Source of the DNA: Lama guanicoe
Taxonomy: Eukaryota
Assembly (NCBI GenBank): GCA_013239625.1
Contig: MU054323.1
Coordinates: 16,496,029 to 16,560,028 of the forward strand
Reading direction: 5' to 3'
Length of the DNA: 64,000 bases
In this document: positions 25,337 to 37,961 of the stretch, piece by piece
How positions within the stretch are numbered: position 1 is the first letter of the stretch
Layout of the letters: each line of letters opens with the position of its first letter
The notes under the pieces: generated by a model
Seen by the model: the letters and a program-made list of their open reading frames with translations, nothing else
What the model was told of the DNA's origin: nothing
Database searches by the model: none
Translations under genes and position numbers: made by a program

Positions 25337-25819
25337 ATATCAAAATGTCTTCCATACTCTTTTTCTTGCCTTTAGAGAGAGAATTTAGGACATGTCTTTT
25401 ATAAGGAAATAGTTAACCTGAAACTCAGCATATCTAATTATATTTTAGTTTCTTTTTTTTGTTGTTAAATTCAAGTGGAATTACATTTACTGCTTTTTAT
25501 TAAAAATGGCTTTAATATTTTTATAATACTTTTATTAAAAATAATTTCATTCCATCAAAATTCATCCACCTATCCTCTTTAACTGTAGATAAGCATAAAG
25601 AGACATCAGGAATAATGTGTGTCAAATATCAATAGTTGTTCTTTCATGCGACGCTATTTCATGGTAAAATTTTGTATAATTTTTACACTGTGTTCTGCAA
25701 TTTTGGGTATTACCTGAATCTACTGTAATGGATAACTTTATAAAAACCAGTTGAATCATTGTTTTAAAAAGAGCATAGTAACGAAGTGCTTAAAAAAGGA
25801 TGGGGCCATGTTGAAAGAT

Positions 25820-26066
25820 AAAGGTGCAATATGGGATCCTGGATTGATTCCTGGACCAGAAAATGGACATTAGTAGGAAAGCTGCTGAAATTTGAATCAG
25901 GTCTACAGATTAGTTATTAGTGTTGTATCACCATTAATACGCTGTTTTGATCATTGTATGATGGCTTTGCTATAATAGGGGAAGTTGAGCAGAAGATTAA
26001 GGGAAGTTTTATACTGTTTTTGTACTATTGTTAAGTCTAAAATTATTTCAAAATACAGTTAGAAAA
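25820..26066 (+). mobile_element. Old L1 3'UTR (L1MC/ME type)
   Basis: 'tgcaatatgggatcctggattgattcctggaccagaaaatggacattagtagg...taagtctaaaattatttcaaaata'. Confidence 0.85.
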
Positions 26067-26454
26067 GAGCATGACATGGTATTAAATCACGTAACTAAAA
26101 AGTTGGATTTTGAACTACTTTTGAAATGTAGAATTTGTGAAATAAATGGAGGAACACCTTAAAAATGGCCAATTAACAAATGCATATAGTAAATGAAAAT
26201 TGCTATTAGGTATGTGCTGATTGTAATTCATAGTTTTAGAGTTCCAGGATTTTCTGGGAAAGAAATTTGTTGATGCAAGTATTTAATGTCTACAACATAT
26301 TATCAATGTTGTTATTAATATATTGATAATATTTGGACTGCCAAGGACAAAATCAATTCTACATTCTGTACAAGCAGATGTACATTGATGGGAAAACAGG
26401 TGATTTTATTTGCTTCAGTGTCCTCACTATAATCTACGTATCAATCCCAGACCC

Positions 26455-27014
26455 CTCTTTTTTCCCCAGTTTTATTAAGAAACAATTGACATACATCACT
26501 GTTTAAGGCATTCAGCATGATGGTTTGATTTACATATATTGAGAAATAATTACCACAATATGTACAGCTAATGTTCCTTTTCTCATATAGGTACAATGAA
26601 GAAAGAAAGCAAAGGAAAACAGGAAAAACGTTTTCTTTTTGTGATGAGAACTCTTAGAATTCACTCTCTTAACAACTCTCCTACGTATCAAAGAATAGTG
26701 TTAGCTGTAGTCACCATGCTGTACATGACATCTTTAATGCTTGTTTATCTTGTAGCTGGAAGTCTGTACGTTTTGACTACCTTCTTTCAATTCCCCCTCC
26801 CCCTGCCCTCCACCTCTGGTAACCATAAATCTGATCTCTTTTTCTATGAGTTTGTTTGCTTTTCGATTCCACATATAAGGAAGATCATACCTTTGTCTTT
26901 CTCTGTCTGACATTTCATTTAGCATAATGCCTTCAAGATCCATCCATGTGTTGTTGCATATAGCAGGATTTCCTCATTTTTCATGATTGAATAATGTTCC
27001 ATTGTCTGTCTACA

Positions 27015-27049
<35 letters not shown>

Positions 27050-27577
27050 ATATATATCCATTCATCTGTCTATGGACACTTAGGTTGTTTCCCTGTCTTG
27101 GCTATTGTACATAATGCTGCTATGAATATGGGGTTACAGATACCTTTTCAAGTTAGTATTTTTGTTTCCTTTGGATATATTCCTAGAAATGGATTTGCAG
27201 GATTATATGGAAGTTCTATTTTTAATTTTTTGAGGATCCTCCATACTGTTTTCCACAGTGGTGGCACCAATTTACATTCTCACTTAAGTGCACAAGGGTA
27301 TTTTCCTTTTCTCTACATCCACACCAACATTGTTATCTTATCTTTTTGATGATGGCCATTCTTAACCGGCATGAGGTGATATCTCGTTGTGGTTTTAGTT
27401 TGCATTTCCCCAGTGGCTAGTGATGTTGAGCATCTTTTCATGTTGGCCTTTCATATATCATCTTTGGAGAAATGATTCTTCAGGTCCTTTGCCCAATTTT
27501 TAATTGGGTTATTTGAGATTTTTTTCTGTTATTGAGTTATAGTTTATATATTTATTATACTTTTAAAGTAATTATTA
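26455..27577 (-). mobile_element. L1 3' end (L1MA9-like), 5'-truncated, covering the ORF2 C-terminus and 3'UTR
   Basis: Peptide MDLEGIMLNEMS(D)RE (26734-26943) and 'gtgatgagaactcttagaattcactctcttaacaac'. Degenerate TSD atcaatcccagacc / atctatttccagacc. Internal (TG)n at ~27019-27045. Confidence 0.93.
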
Positions 27578-29942
27578 ATCTATTTCCAGACCAGTTTTTT
27601 AAATTGCATTTACTTAATCAAATAAATAATTAAGAAATTAGAACACTAGGTTGCATCTCCAAGACAGCAAAACATGACAAATACAAAACATGTGTATTGA
27701 AAAAAGATATGTCTGTGATTTGTGATGCATGAAGGGAAAAATCATTTGGTCCAGACTGAAACAGCAGTTTCCTTAGAAGAGGAGCACTCTATTATTTTAT
27801 AATCAGTTATACTCTTCTTTGCATACATTTTGATGCTGTGACTAAACAGTATCCATTCGACATACCACATGCCAAGACACTTTAAATGTGTAAATAAACA
27901 ACTCCAATACATTCCAATTGTTTCTAAAAGCAGCTATTTTTAAAAAGAGCAGAATAATTCCATACCAGATTCATTATAGAGGAATTCTCTGGTAGATTCT
28001 GAGGCAAATAGAAAGAAAACAACAAAAACCTTAGAAACTTGTAACTGACAAAATAAATTGTTTTTTAAAAATTTTTTTTCAGTTTGGAAACAGTACTGAC
28101 TCTTTTCTTACAAAGAGCTCTAACTCACACTAAGAATATTATATTTGTTTACAAAAGTTGTGTGTTAGATCTCTAAAATACTACTGTCGAGTCAAATGTC
28201 AGGAATGTTAATTAGTAAAAGGAAGGGGAGGAGTTGACTCCAGGCCATCCGTCAGCACCAGCTCACTCTGTAAACAGAGCTGTGTGGTTTGAATTCCATA
28301 GCAACTATGCGGAGCTGTTCATTGAACACAGGAGATAATAAATGATAAAGCATCTAGCAAAGAAACTATGAAAAGTTGCTATTCAAAAACTGTTTATCAA
28401 ACAAATACACTTGTATTGTAAATTGACAAAAACTGGGTGTCAGTTTGTTTAGCTTATCAGTGTGTGGGTATTTACTATTTGAGTCTTATTTCAGCTCTTC
28501 TCATTGTGTTATTCCTTACTGGGATGAGTTTAGGCCTTCTGTTGGAAGGTCTCTCCAAAGTAGATTACAGAATTTAGAGATATTTTTAAAGTCCAATGAT
28601 AATTTTCCAGTTCTAAATATTCTACTGTTTAACCATCAGCCATTTGCTCAGACATAAAACGAGGAAAAAAGATATTTCCACATTAAAGCCAACATGCTTT
28701 ATTTTCTCAGTGCTCCTATATCTTATTCTAGTTAGATATCATATCATGGTACATGCAAATGGATGTGGTTTGACAATTTTTTAAAAAATTTCTTTTAGCC
28801 CTAGAGTTAAACCAAAACCATCTCTTCTGTGTAATGTCCCCCTTAATCAGCAGAGTGAGACCTGGCAGGCAAGCCTTGGTAACAGACCCTGCATCTGTCT
28901 CGTGTCCATCAGTGTCACAGCTAGCTTGGGAGTTCACAAGGCATTTTGCAGCATCACAGGTGCAATCCATTTAAAATTAACCCCAATTAAAACACAAAAT
29001 AGCACAAATTGAACAGGGTTTTTTTTTGCATATTAATTTCATATGCACACTGTCAGAATTTTAAATCAGCTTTGCCTAAGGAGCAAAATAAACCATACTA
29101 GCATGCTATATCTTTAGGAAAAATGTCCAAAAATGACTACCCATGTTACAGTGAATTTTTGTTAAAGATAAACAAATTCTCTAATGTATTAAAAATACTT
29201 AAGTAAAAATCTCCCCCCATCAATGCAATTATTCACATATTCATTGGGCAAATGTTCTCTCCTTGGACCCAGAGTCTAGGATGCAACCATGAATCAATTC
29301 TCTCTCTGCCCTTCTCCCCCAATCTAAAAAATGTCTCTAACCACCTAAATACTCATATACTCCAAATGACTTCAGCAGCTCAGTTGGGCAAGCAGTAAGG
29401 CACAGGGCAAACTCCTGATGTATTTTTGACATTTGCTGATAAAGACATGCGAGTGTTATTTTTCTTTCTACCTAGGGGTTTTCCACCCATCCTGGCAGGG
29501 AAGGAAAATTGGGCTGAGGGGACCCTTAGCCAGCAAGGTCACTGTCTACTCTGCAGATGCTGGTGGGGCAGAGGAGTCTTGACGAGAATGAGGACTTGAG
29601 ACAGGGGAGAAGAAACCCAGAGGTCTGATTTGTCTTCTGTTTGGAAACCAAGTGTCTTATTTTCAAGCAAAAGTTTAAAAAAAAAAAAAGAAAAGAAAAA
29701 AACTCATTTGCAAAAAAAGGAAAAAGAAAACATTCTCATTTGCAGCATGCAGCCAGCCGCTGGGTGCAAAGCTCAGGACCCACCCTGAGGGATGAGCAGC
29801 ACTGTGGCCTCTGAGACCACTGTGCCACCCGTGTGTTCAGATGTCATCCCTCCCTTCCGGAGAGCCAGACCAACTGCTGGACCGGCTGTGGGACCGTTAT
29901 TTGTATACAGTGTTTGAAATGGATATCAGAAATGGTGACAGG

Positions 29943-30070
29943 CAGGATGCCCATGTAATTTATCAACCAAACTAGACACTTTTGAAAGAGGGCACTATTA
30001 ATCATCACACCAGGTCACCAGATATGAATGGAGCCTGCCCCAGGCAAACTGGGACACAAGGCTGTGCTAC
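29943..30070. mobile_element. MER81-like hAT-Blackjack MITE
   Basis: 'ccatgtaatttatcaaccaaactagacacttttgaaagagggcactattaat...gccccaggcaaactgggacac' matches the recalled MER81. Confidence 0.8.
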
Positions 30071-30719
30071 CCAGAGGAGGCCTATTCAGGATGCCTGCAT
30101 TTTCTCTTTAGTAAGGTTTGCAATGAAAACATTTATAGCTTCCCTGAAGCCCCACCTCCAGGGTTATACTGCCTGGAAATGATTTTGAGAATGTATTTTG
30201 GGGCAAAACAGATTTGTTGAAGACAATGTCCTCATTAAGTGTGTAGCAATAACTACAGAAGGAATTGTATTCCCACTTTGCCATCCCAGTGTGGTTAGAG
30301 GAGATTCTAGAATTAGAAAAGAAACCCAAAAATGAAAGACCTGATCTAAGGGCTTAATTTTGCCCTTCAGGAAACAAAACACACAGAGTGGCCAGTGGTT
30401 CTTTAAAGATGTTCCCCATCAATCTTCCACCTCAAGTTCCTTTGGTCTGCCTTTGCCTGACTCTATCTTCATTTTTGGGGGGGAAAAAGCTATTTTTATC
30501 TACAGCCTAGAAACCCTGATACAGTGTGTCAACATCAAGGAAGCCCCTTGGGTAGAAACGGTGCATTTTCCCTGACAGAGGACAGTTTCCTGTCCAGTGG
30601 ACGTTGTTTTATGATTTTGTGTTTCTTCATTTGAAATACCTGAGATTTACCATTTCAAACAAAAATGCAACTGTTCAAGGAGAGACAGAAGGAATGCCTG
30701 AGCTGGGACAGGAAACGAG

Positions 30720-30970
30720 ACAGGGCTGGGGCTGGGGTGTGGGGGCGGCGGGAGGCGGGGGGCGTGCAGGGGGAGGGGCGGGGATTGTAAATAAAGGCCT
30801 GGGCCAAAAGACAAGAAATAGTTGGCATTCCTGGCTTCCCACAAAGGGTAGGTCAAGGAGAGGGAATGGGCAGTTGGGCTGAATGTACACCACAACTATT
30901 CTTTTTCGGGCTGAATCCAGTTCACAGTGTCACAGAAACGTCCCCAGTGGGAAGCCCCCGTGTTTACTCC
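30720..30970. promoter_or_regulatory. G-rich GC-box element with adjacent motif cluster (candidate promoter or enhancer)
   Basis: G-run tract at 30723-30783 including GGGGCGGGG (30775-30783). Also TGTAAATA (30786), CATTCC (30826), GGGAAGCCCC (30949) and TGTTTAC (30961). Motif evidence only. Confidence 0.4.
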
Positions 30971-32159
30971 ACGCTGTGGCGAATGCTCAGGGTAATTAGA
31001 CACGAGGCCTGTCTATATGCAGGATGGGGTCAACGTCTGTGGCAAAGACAGCTGCTGGTTTCCAGGCTGTGTGTTAAATCCACTTTGGCTAACAACTGTC
31101 AAAGCTGTATTCAGAACACCATGTGTTTAAGGGATGGAGCACCAGAAGTTTGCCTCCACGGACCCCAGTCAAAACAAAGTCCTTTTCTTCCTGTGTGCCC
31201 ACAGGCGGGCTGTTTCAGAGACCTGCTGTCCACTTATTGGATTGGGATTTTGGAAGAAGAGCCATGCTTACTGTTCCCTGGATAGTGAGCTGAAGATATG
31301 CCTCTCTTTCTCTGAAACTCTAGGGGGAAGAAAACAAAATCAAAAACACCTTAGCATCAATAACAAAATAACTGCACATACACCAAGACAAAAACAGCCA
31401 TTCAGTTTCAAAAAGACTTGGTCATCAAGAGGCTTTCTTTCTGCCTGCCTCTCTGGTCTTTGCTGGGTAATTCAACCCGCAAAACAGGATCTATAAAATG
31501 CAGTATTGAGGCTATTTCATTAGGTTTCCAGCAGTGGGAAATTCCAGCTACTGGAAATACCCAAGGTCTGTGTAAGCTCTTTTTTTTCCCCCCTTAATTC
31601 AAGTCTCTGGCTAGAGAACAAATAGCAGAGCTTACTTGTTGCTCGATGTCTAATTTTCTCAAGCGCTTCTGAGGCAAACGTCATAGGTCAAGAGTTGCAT
31701 GGATGTACACATGGAAAATGGGACACCATGACCTGAGGGTCAGCAGGTAGATGGACAGCATGTAAGCCTACTCCTCTGAGTCCTTCAGATAAGCACATCT
31801 TAGGTAGTAAATCTGAGAAGGTGCCTCCCAGAGCAACAAGCTGGCTTTCCTGTCCCCTCACCCATTCTCTGTCTCCACCACCCAGAGTGAAGCAGTGATT
31901 TGGTAATTGTGTTGAGTTTGATACGCGGCAAAAGTTGCTCTGGAATTGTTTTTGTTTCATTCAAATGAACAAATAATCTTAACAGAGTGGCCGCATGCAT
32001 TTCCTGAGACAGCCCTAATTCCTAATTTTGTTTGATCATCCTTAAAAGTACACCTGAACCAGGTTCCCTCAATTTTTGATTCAGAAAACGTGGTTAGAGA
32101 CATCTGGGTGCCTCTGTGTATTTCATAGGAAGAGCAAAGAAGTAGGAGAGAAGGGAGGG

Positions 32160-32375
32160 CAAATATGGAACACCTACATGGTGATAGGTAACATGCCAGG
32201 AGTTTGCACAGTTAGTATAACAGTTGTAGGCATTATTTCTCCAAGTAGATAAATTAGAAAAGTAGCTCAAAGAAGTTTAGTGACCTGCCCAAGGTACCTG
32301 GCTATGACGTGATGAAACTAAGCTTCAAATCCAGATCTGTCTGACTCCAACACCCATGGCTTTTCTATCATTGTG
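32160..32375 (-). mobile_element. MIR SINE
   Basis: 'gaagtttagtgacctgcccaaggtacc...cttcaaatccagatctgtctgactccaa'. Confidence 0.85.
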
Positions 32376-32869
32376 TCAATGGCTGATTCTGTTCTCAGGA
32401 AGCTCAATCATTCTTAAGGAGGTAAGAATTATATGCATGTAAACTCTAAATAATAAAGATGGGAAATAATGTGTTACATTATGACAAATGATCAGTCCTA
32501 TGGATCAGATAATTTACCCATCTGCTGCAAAATATGATCCATGTATACCTCTGAATTTTATTCCCAATGGAATAAATTTCCTTTTTTTTAAAGTATGTCT
32601 TGAGGAGGATCCCCAAAGCAATGCAGCCTGGAGTGTCTTTCAACACCACATGGGAACTGAAACTCAAAGGAATCAAGATCCTCCAGTCAAGACCCTGCCT
32701 CTGCTCAGGAGGCCCGGCTTTCAGTCAATGTCGTGCTGCATGCTTGATGTCAGGTGGCACTATCCTGTGGAGATGGAGGGAGTACCAACGGCTGCCCACT
32801 AACGGGTAGTGAGGACTATGATGCTTTACAATTCCTGTTTACAGTGAACATCTTCTGTTCCTTAAATGT

Positions 32870-33135
32870 TCCCTGGATATCTGTTACATACAAAGCACAG
32901 TGTTGAAACCTGCTGAGACTAGAGGGAGACATAAGACTCAGTCTCCATTCTCCAGGGGCTTACAGAGGAAAGAGATAAGAAAAACCACTCAGTAAGAAAA
33001 CGCCAGATGATAAGAGTCAAACAATATACTCTGGCAATTCCAGAGGGGAGTGATATCATTGCATCTACTGAGAAAATCAGTGGAGGAGACATCTGACATA
33101 GGCCTTGAAGTATGTGTAGGAGTCCTACAGATGGG
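32870..33135 (-). mobile_element. L2 fragment
   Basis: 'gcacagtgttgaaacctg...cataagactcagtctccattctccaggggcttacag...ggccttgaagtatgtgtagga'. Confidence 0.65.
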
Positions 33136-33906
33136 GCTGGGGAGAGTAAAACAGAAGTGAAGGAGAAGAACAGGATCTGTGTAAATAGCAGTGAGTCATC
33201 CAGCTTGTCTGAATATGTGAGAGGGAGTAGCAGGAGTAAGACTTATTTTCTGGGCTTGCACTTCACCTTGAACTTTAGTCAATGTGCAGTTCATCACTTT
33301 TGGCTTGTCCTCCCAAGCAGGACCAGACTCTCCCAGTCAGCAGGCAGCACTGGCCAGCAGCCTGGCTGCTCTTCTGTGTGGGTGCACATATGGGCCAGTG
33401 ATGCAGGGGGCCAGGGTGGTTTCCTCACTCAGAAACTCGCCTGATTCATGAGAGCCTCACTGGCCTAGGAAGCTGGCCTGGACTTCTTCCTGACCTCCTG
33501 TCTTCTCTGTCCTGAAGCTCTGATCCCCTAGACAGAAGGCTGGATCAGCTCTTTTTGCAGCCAGTGGACACTAAAGAGACCACCCTTCACAGCGACCTCC
33601 TCCTCTCAGGCCCCTGCACTCCTAGGGTGGGCAGCCAGCATCCCTTTCCCTCTGGTTCCAGGCAATGTCTACCTATCAATTAAGCTGTAAGATGTTTGCC
33701 CTTAAAATGTGGCTTGAGGGTCAGTCTGAGGTTTAAAGCAAAACAAAACAAATTTTGCCTCACTGCATCTTAAGTTGTTGACTTCTGGTGAAGTATCTTC
33801 TGAAAACGTACCAGGCATTGTCACTCATGGGCCCAATCTTGTGAACAGAAGTAAGCAACTAAGTAAGCAACTAGCTCTTCCCTCATTTCATAGCCTCGTG
33901 AAAGTG

Positions 33907-34115
33907 TCTGGTTCTCAACTTGACCCCGTCTTATCAGCTCGGATGTCTGCTGCACATCAACACTGACCAGTGAGTTGTTAGAAATGCAGATGCCGGGGCT
34001 CACCCCAGACTTGGTGAATTACAATCCTGGGGCTGAGAGATAGGCTTGTGGGTTTTGTTTTCTAAAAATCTGCCCCAAGTGATCATTTATACACAGCCAG
34101 GATGGAAAACCCCTG
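33907..34115. mobile_element. MER5-type hAT-Charlie MITE
   Basis: 'ggttctcaact...gttagaaatgcagatgccggggctcaccccagac...ccccaagtgatc...cagccaggatggaaaacccctg'. Confidence 0.85.
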
Positions 34116-37100
34116 CCTTGGGCAAATGCCTTACAGCTTTTTGCATTTACATTCCCTGTCCATTGCATCCTAGAATTTCAAGAGTTGGAAGGGATCTTGG
34201 AGATCAGCTAGTACAACACTTTCCAAACTCATGGTAACAAGAAGCTGGCCTAGGAGCTGGGGATATAGTGGGTAGTGTTCTCCAAGTATGTGACTGGAAA
34301 CTGCCTTCTCTTGGAGCATAGATTAGCACCTCACTGCCTGAAGAACACAGCAGGAAAGGGAAAGACTCCTCATAATGTCTTTAAAGGAAGGAGAAGTAAC
34401 CTACCTGATGGCGCATGGCTCAGAACCTCCATCCTCACCACCCTGACCCCTGCCCAGGCTGCTCTGTCCTACTGTCTCCAGCTTAGGGTGAGGACGGCAT
34501 GTGCGAAGAGATGTGATGCTTGTGGGAACACCATGTCCTAGAAGTGTGTGAGGTGATGCATGCAGCGAGCTGGGGTGACTTGGCTGTTTTCTGAGCATTG
34601 CCTTGAGACCGTCGCAACCATTGAAACCATAGAGCATCTTAGAATCATTGAAGAAAGGAGAACTTTTTTCCACCTGGAAGGAGTTCCAGATCTTGGGAGT
34701 TGGAAACCAAGAATCCTCTATTTCCACTCCAGGTTGAGCACAGCTTTCTTGTTGGATTCTCAGGGCCTAGAGCACAGCCATCAGCCTCCAAACTCAGGGT
34801 CTGTCTAGGCTGAGCTCCTGCCAAAAGCCAATCAGGACTATATGTTCGTAGCAGAGAGGAACATGGGCAGCTGGGAGATCAGAGTGAGAAGCAAAAGGAA
34901 ACTGGGAGCGTGAGCAGACAGAATGAGGTTGTTATGGTCCCTCTTTGGCCCAGGGCTCTGGCTGCACCTGACATTCCACGTGCCATCAATAAAATGGGCC
35001 TTTCATCTAGTGATGCAAGAGCTACAGAGTTATCTGCTTTACCACCTCAGGAAATCTAGGCTGATGCCTTGTTCATACAAATTGTTCAGGAATTGTATGA
35101 ATGATGATGGACTAAAAGGGACACAGCAGGGACTGCTCCATCTTCATAGGAAATCTGCTCGTAAACTCTCCTAGGGAAATTTTTCTCTTGTCTAGGGGGC
35201 AAACCTCTCTGGCTACTTGGTGCTGCCTGCTGACCCCCATTCCTCCTCAGCCCATCAGTCAGAGGCAGAGCTATTCCTGGATACAACCCCTCCCCCCAAC
35301 ACACACACACTTAATCCATTTACTTTCAGATCCCTGCCCAGATGTCTCCAGGAGCCCAGACCAGGTCCTGCAGCAAAATTTCTTCAGCAAGAAAGGGCTT
35401 TCTAACCTGAAACTTTTAATAGCAAATAAATAAAGTGATCCAGGCTCCAAATGGCCCAGGCACGGCCACCCCGTACAGGGCTGTGAATATCACAATAGGT
35501 GATTGTTTTAAAGTGTTTTAACGAGTCTCAAAACATCCTACATAATATCAGCCTCCACTTCGGTCCTCCTGACAGGCTCCAATAAATAACATGAGTTGAC
35601 AGGAATAAAACAGTTTGCTCAGGAGTAATTGAGTGGAATTAGAATGAACAGACAAGAAAGAAAAATTGGTGCTTGGGTCACAAGGAACTTTTTGTTAGGA
35701 ACGCTCTGGGGGATTTGGTGGGATGTAGTCCCGCTTACTAATCACCAGTATAGAAAGTTTACAGTCTCTCGGCCATGCCAACATCTTTAATAACTTGAGA
35801 AGCACAAGACGTGGCTGTTAATTTCAAAGACAGTTATATGAAGCTTTTATTGAGTGTGGAGCAGAGTATGTAGTTAGCAGCCTGTGAGATAATGAACCCT
35901 TTAAATAGGGCTTTCCAAAAACAGTCTTATTTTTTGCTTGAACCAAAAGAGCAGTGATTTTCTCCTGTTATTGGAAGGCAGAAAAATGTATGTGAAGTAG
36001 GATCTCTCCATTGCACACCCGGTGGGTTGTTTTCCTCATTGAGGTCATCTGCTGTGCCAGAGAGCCATGAACGTTCAGATCCACCAAGCTTGGATATTGT
36101 CATGACATGCCTTTGAGAGCAGAGTGGAAAGGAAGGGGTTAAATGTGTTGGGCTCCCTCCCTTCCCCCAAATCCCCCGTGGACATTGGCTCCTGCGCCTT
36201 CTCTCCCTGCCCTGGACCGGCAATGCAGAGTAGAGGTAGAGCCCCTTCATGCCCCCAGTGTCACGATGTGGAGAAACCAAAGATCAACCAGTGGGTTCTT
36301 GGAGTTTGAGACCAAGAACCAGCCTTGAAAAGAGCAAGACTTCACACACTTTCTCAGGAACATTCTGGGGCAGGAGACCACGGGTGAGGAACAGTGAGGG
36401 TACACACTGCCCTAGAATGGTCTAGAACCATTCACCATGGGCCACTCTTACCTCTTGACGCTGTAAAGAATGGATGAAGTGGGCAGGTGATGCACCTGAC
36501 TTCCCTGAGCCATGGTGACGCGGGATGGGACCTCCCTCCACCTCCTAAGCAGCCATCCATGATTTCAACCCATGGAGAGCCTTGTGATGTGTCATCCTCT
36601 CTCCCTCCCTCTACTCTCCCTCCTTCCCCCACACCCCCACCCCCGCTCCTCCTCTTTCTTCACTCTCCTCCTACCCTCCTTCCCCACAACTTGAGTGCAT
36701 CTATAAGTAAGTGTGTGAAAAGGCTGAGATAGAGAAATTTACTGGGCCCACTTTGGAGATCGTCTGTTGTTTCCTTATCCTCTCATTCTTGTATTTGACA
36801 TTCATGAAGGACTGTGCCAAGAAGCAGACCTAAGGATGTGAGAAAGGCAACAAGGCTCCCCCTCTGCCCAGCAACATGCAAGTCAGCCCTGCCCGGCTCA
36901 GCCGGCCACGGGCAGGGACTGTGCTGCTGGACAGGGCAGGTGCTATCCCAGCTGGGGAGCAGATGTGTCCTGGTGTTTGCTGTCTTCATTCTTCATTCCT
37001 CAGTGAGTCTGCTGTGCCTCACAACAGTGGCCTCTGCAGTGGGGCTCTGGGCCGCTGGGAAGGCGATGCTGCACCACCAGCTCCCTGGGCTGAGGCTCAA

Positions 37101-37782
37101 TAGGACCAAATCCTACTGACCAAACACTCAAAACCAAAACAAAAGAAAAAAACAGACCTTCTCTGAGCATGTCCTATGGAGCAAAGGAAATAATGTAAAC
37201 AAAGAAATTAAAGGAAAAGGAGTTATTTCCTGCCTTGGCACCGGCAACAAGTACAGTTGTTCTTGTTACTTAATTCAGAATGTTGTTAGCAACGCGCCTT
37301 CTGGCTTCACTCATTTTTTTTTAAAGGCACATTTCTGCCCTTCACACAATATGGGAATTTAGCTCTTTCCAGGGGGTTCATTCTGCAATACTCATCAAGT
37401 TTTACCTCTTCCTGAGCTGTCAGTGCTCAACAGCCAGGGAGAACCCCTTCTAGAAGCTATTGGGATCTGGTGAGCCCTGAAGGAAAGCTCACAGCCTCAT
37501 TTCCAGCAGTTTGGGAACTTACTGGGAGCTGCATCCGTGGGAGTCTGGAATGCTTGGAAGGCAGTTTGCAGCCCACACTGCACTGGAGTCACTGGAAGAT
37601 TCTTGCTGGTCTAGGACGTAAAGAACCCAGAGAGTAGCCTTGTTTTAGGAAAGGAGGGAACTGCTGCTTCTAAAGCTGTCACGAAGGAAAATGGTCATTA
37701 GGGGTCAAATTTACTTCTCCACAGGTTTTAACAAAGAAAGGGATGTTTTAACGCACTTTTGAAGTTTTAATGCTCTAATGTT

Positions 37783-37961
37783 TAGTGATTCCCAGTCCTA
37801 GCGGTGTCTTAGAAGGGCCTGGGGATGCGTCTGAATTCAGGTTGCTGTCCCCCTCTTTCCATCTCATCCCAGGAAATGTCCTGAGTGGGGCCCAGGAATC
37901 TGGATTTCCATCAGATTTCTTAAGTGATCTTTGTGCCTTCTAAGCATTCGGGGGAAATGCT
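37783..37961. mobile_element. MER5-type hAT-Charlie MITE, diverged
   Basis: 'agtgattcccagtcct...gtggggcccaggaatctggatttc...gtgatct...gggaaatgct'. Confidence 0.7.

Noticed and set aside
28450..28460. TAGCTTATCAG, the first 11 nt of miR-21
   Set aside because: The match ends after 11 nt and there is no precursor hairpin.
29703..29745. Twin CTCATTTGCA as octamer (POU) sites
   Set aside because: Neither copy completes ATTTGCAT, and both sit in a poly-A tract, so this is probably a slippage duplication.
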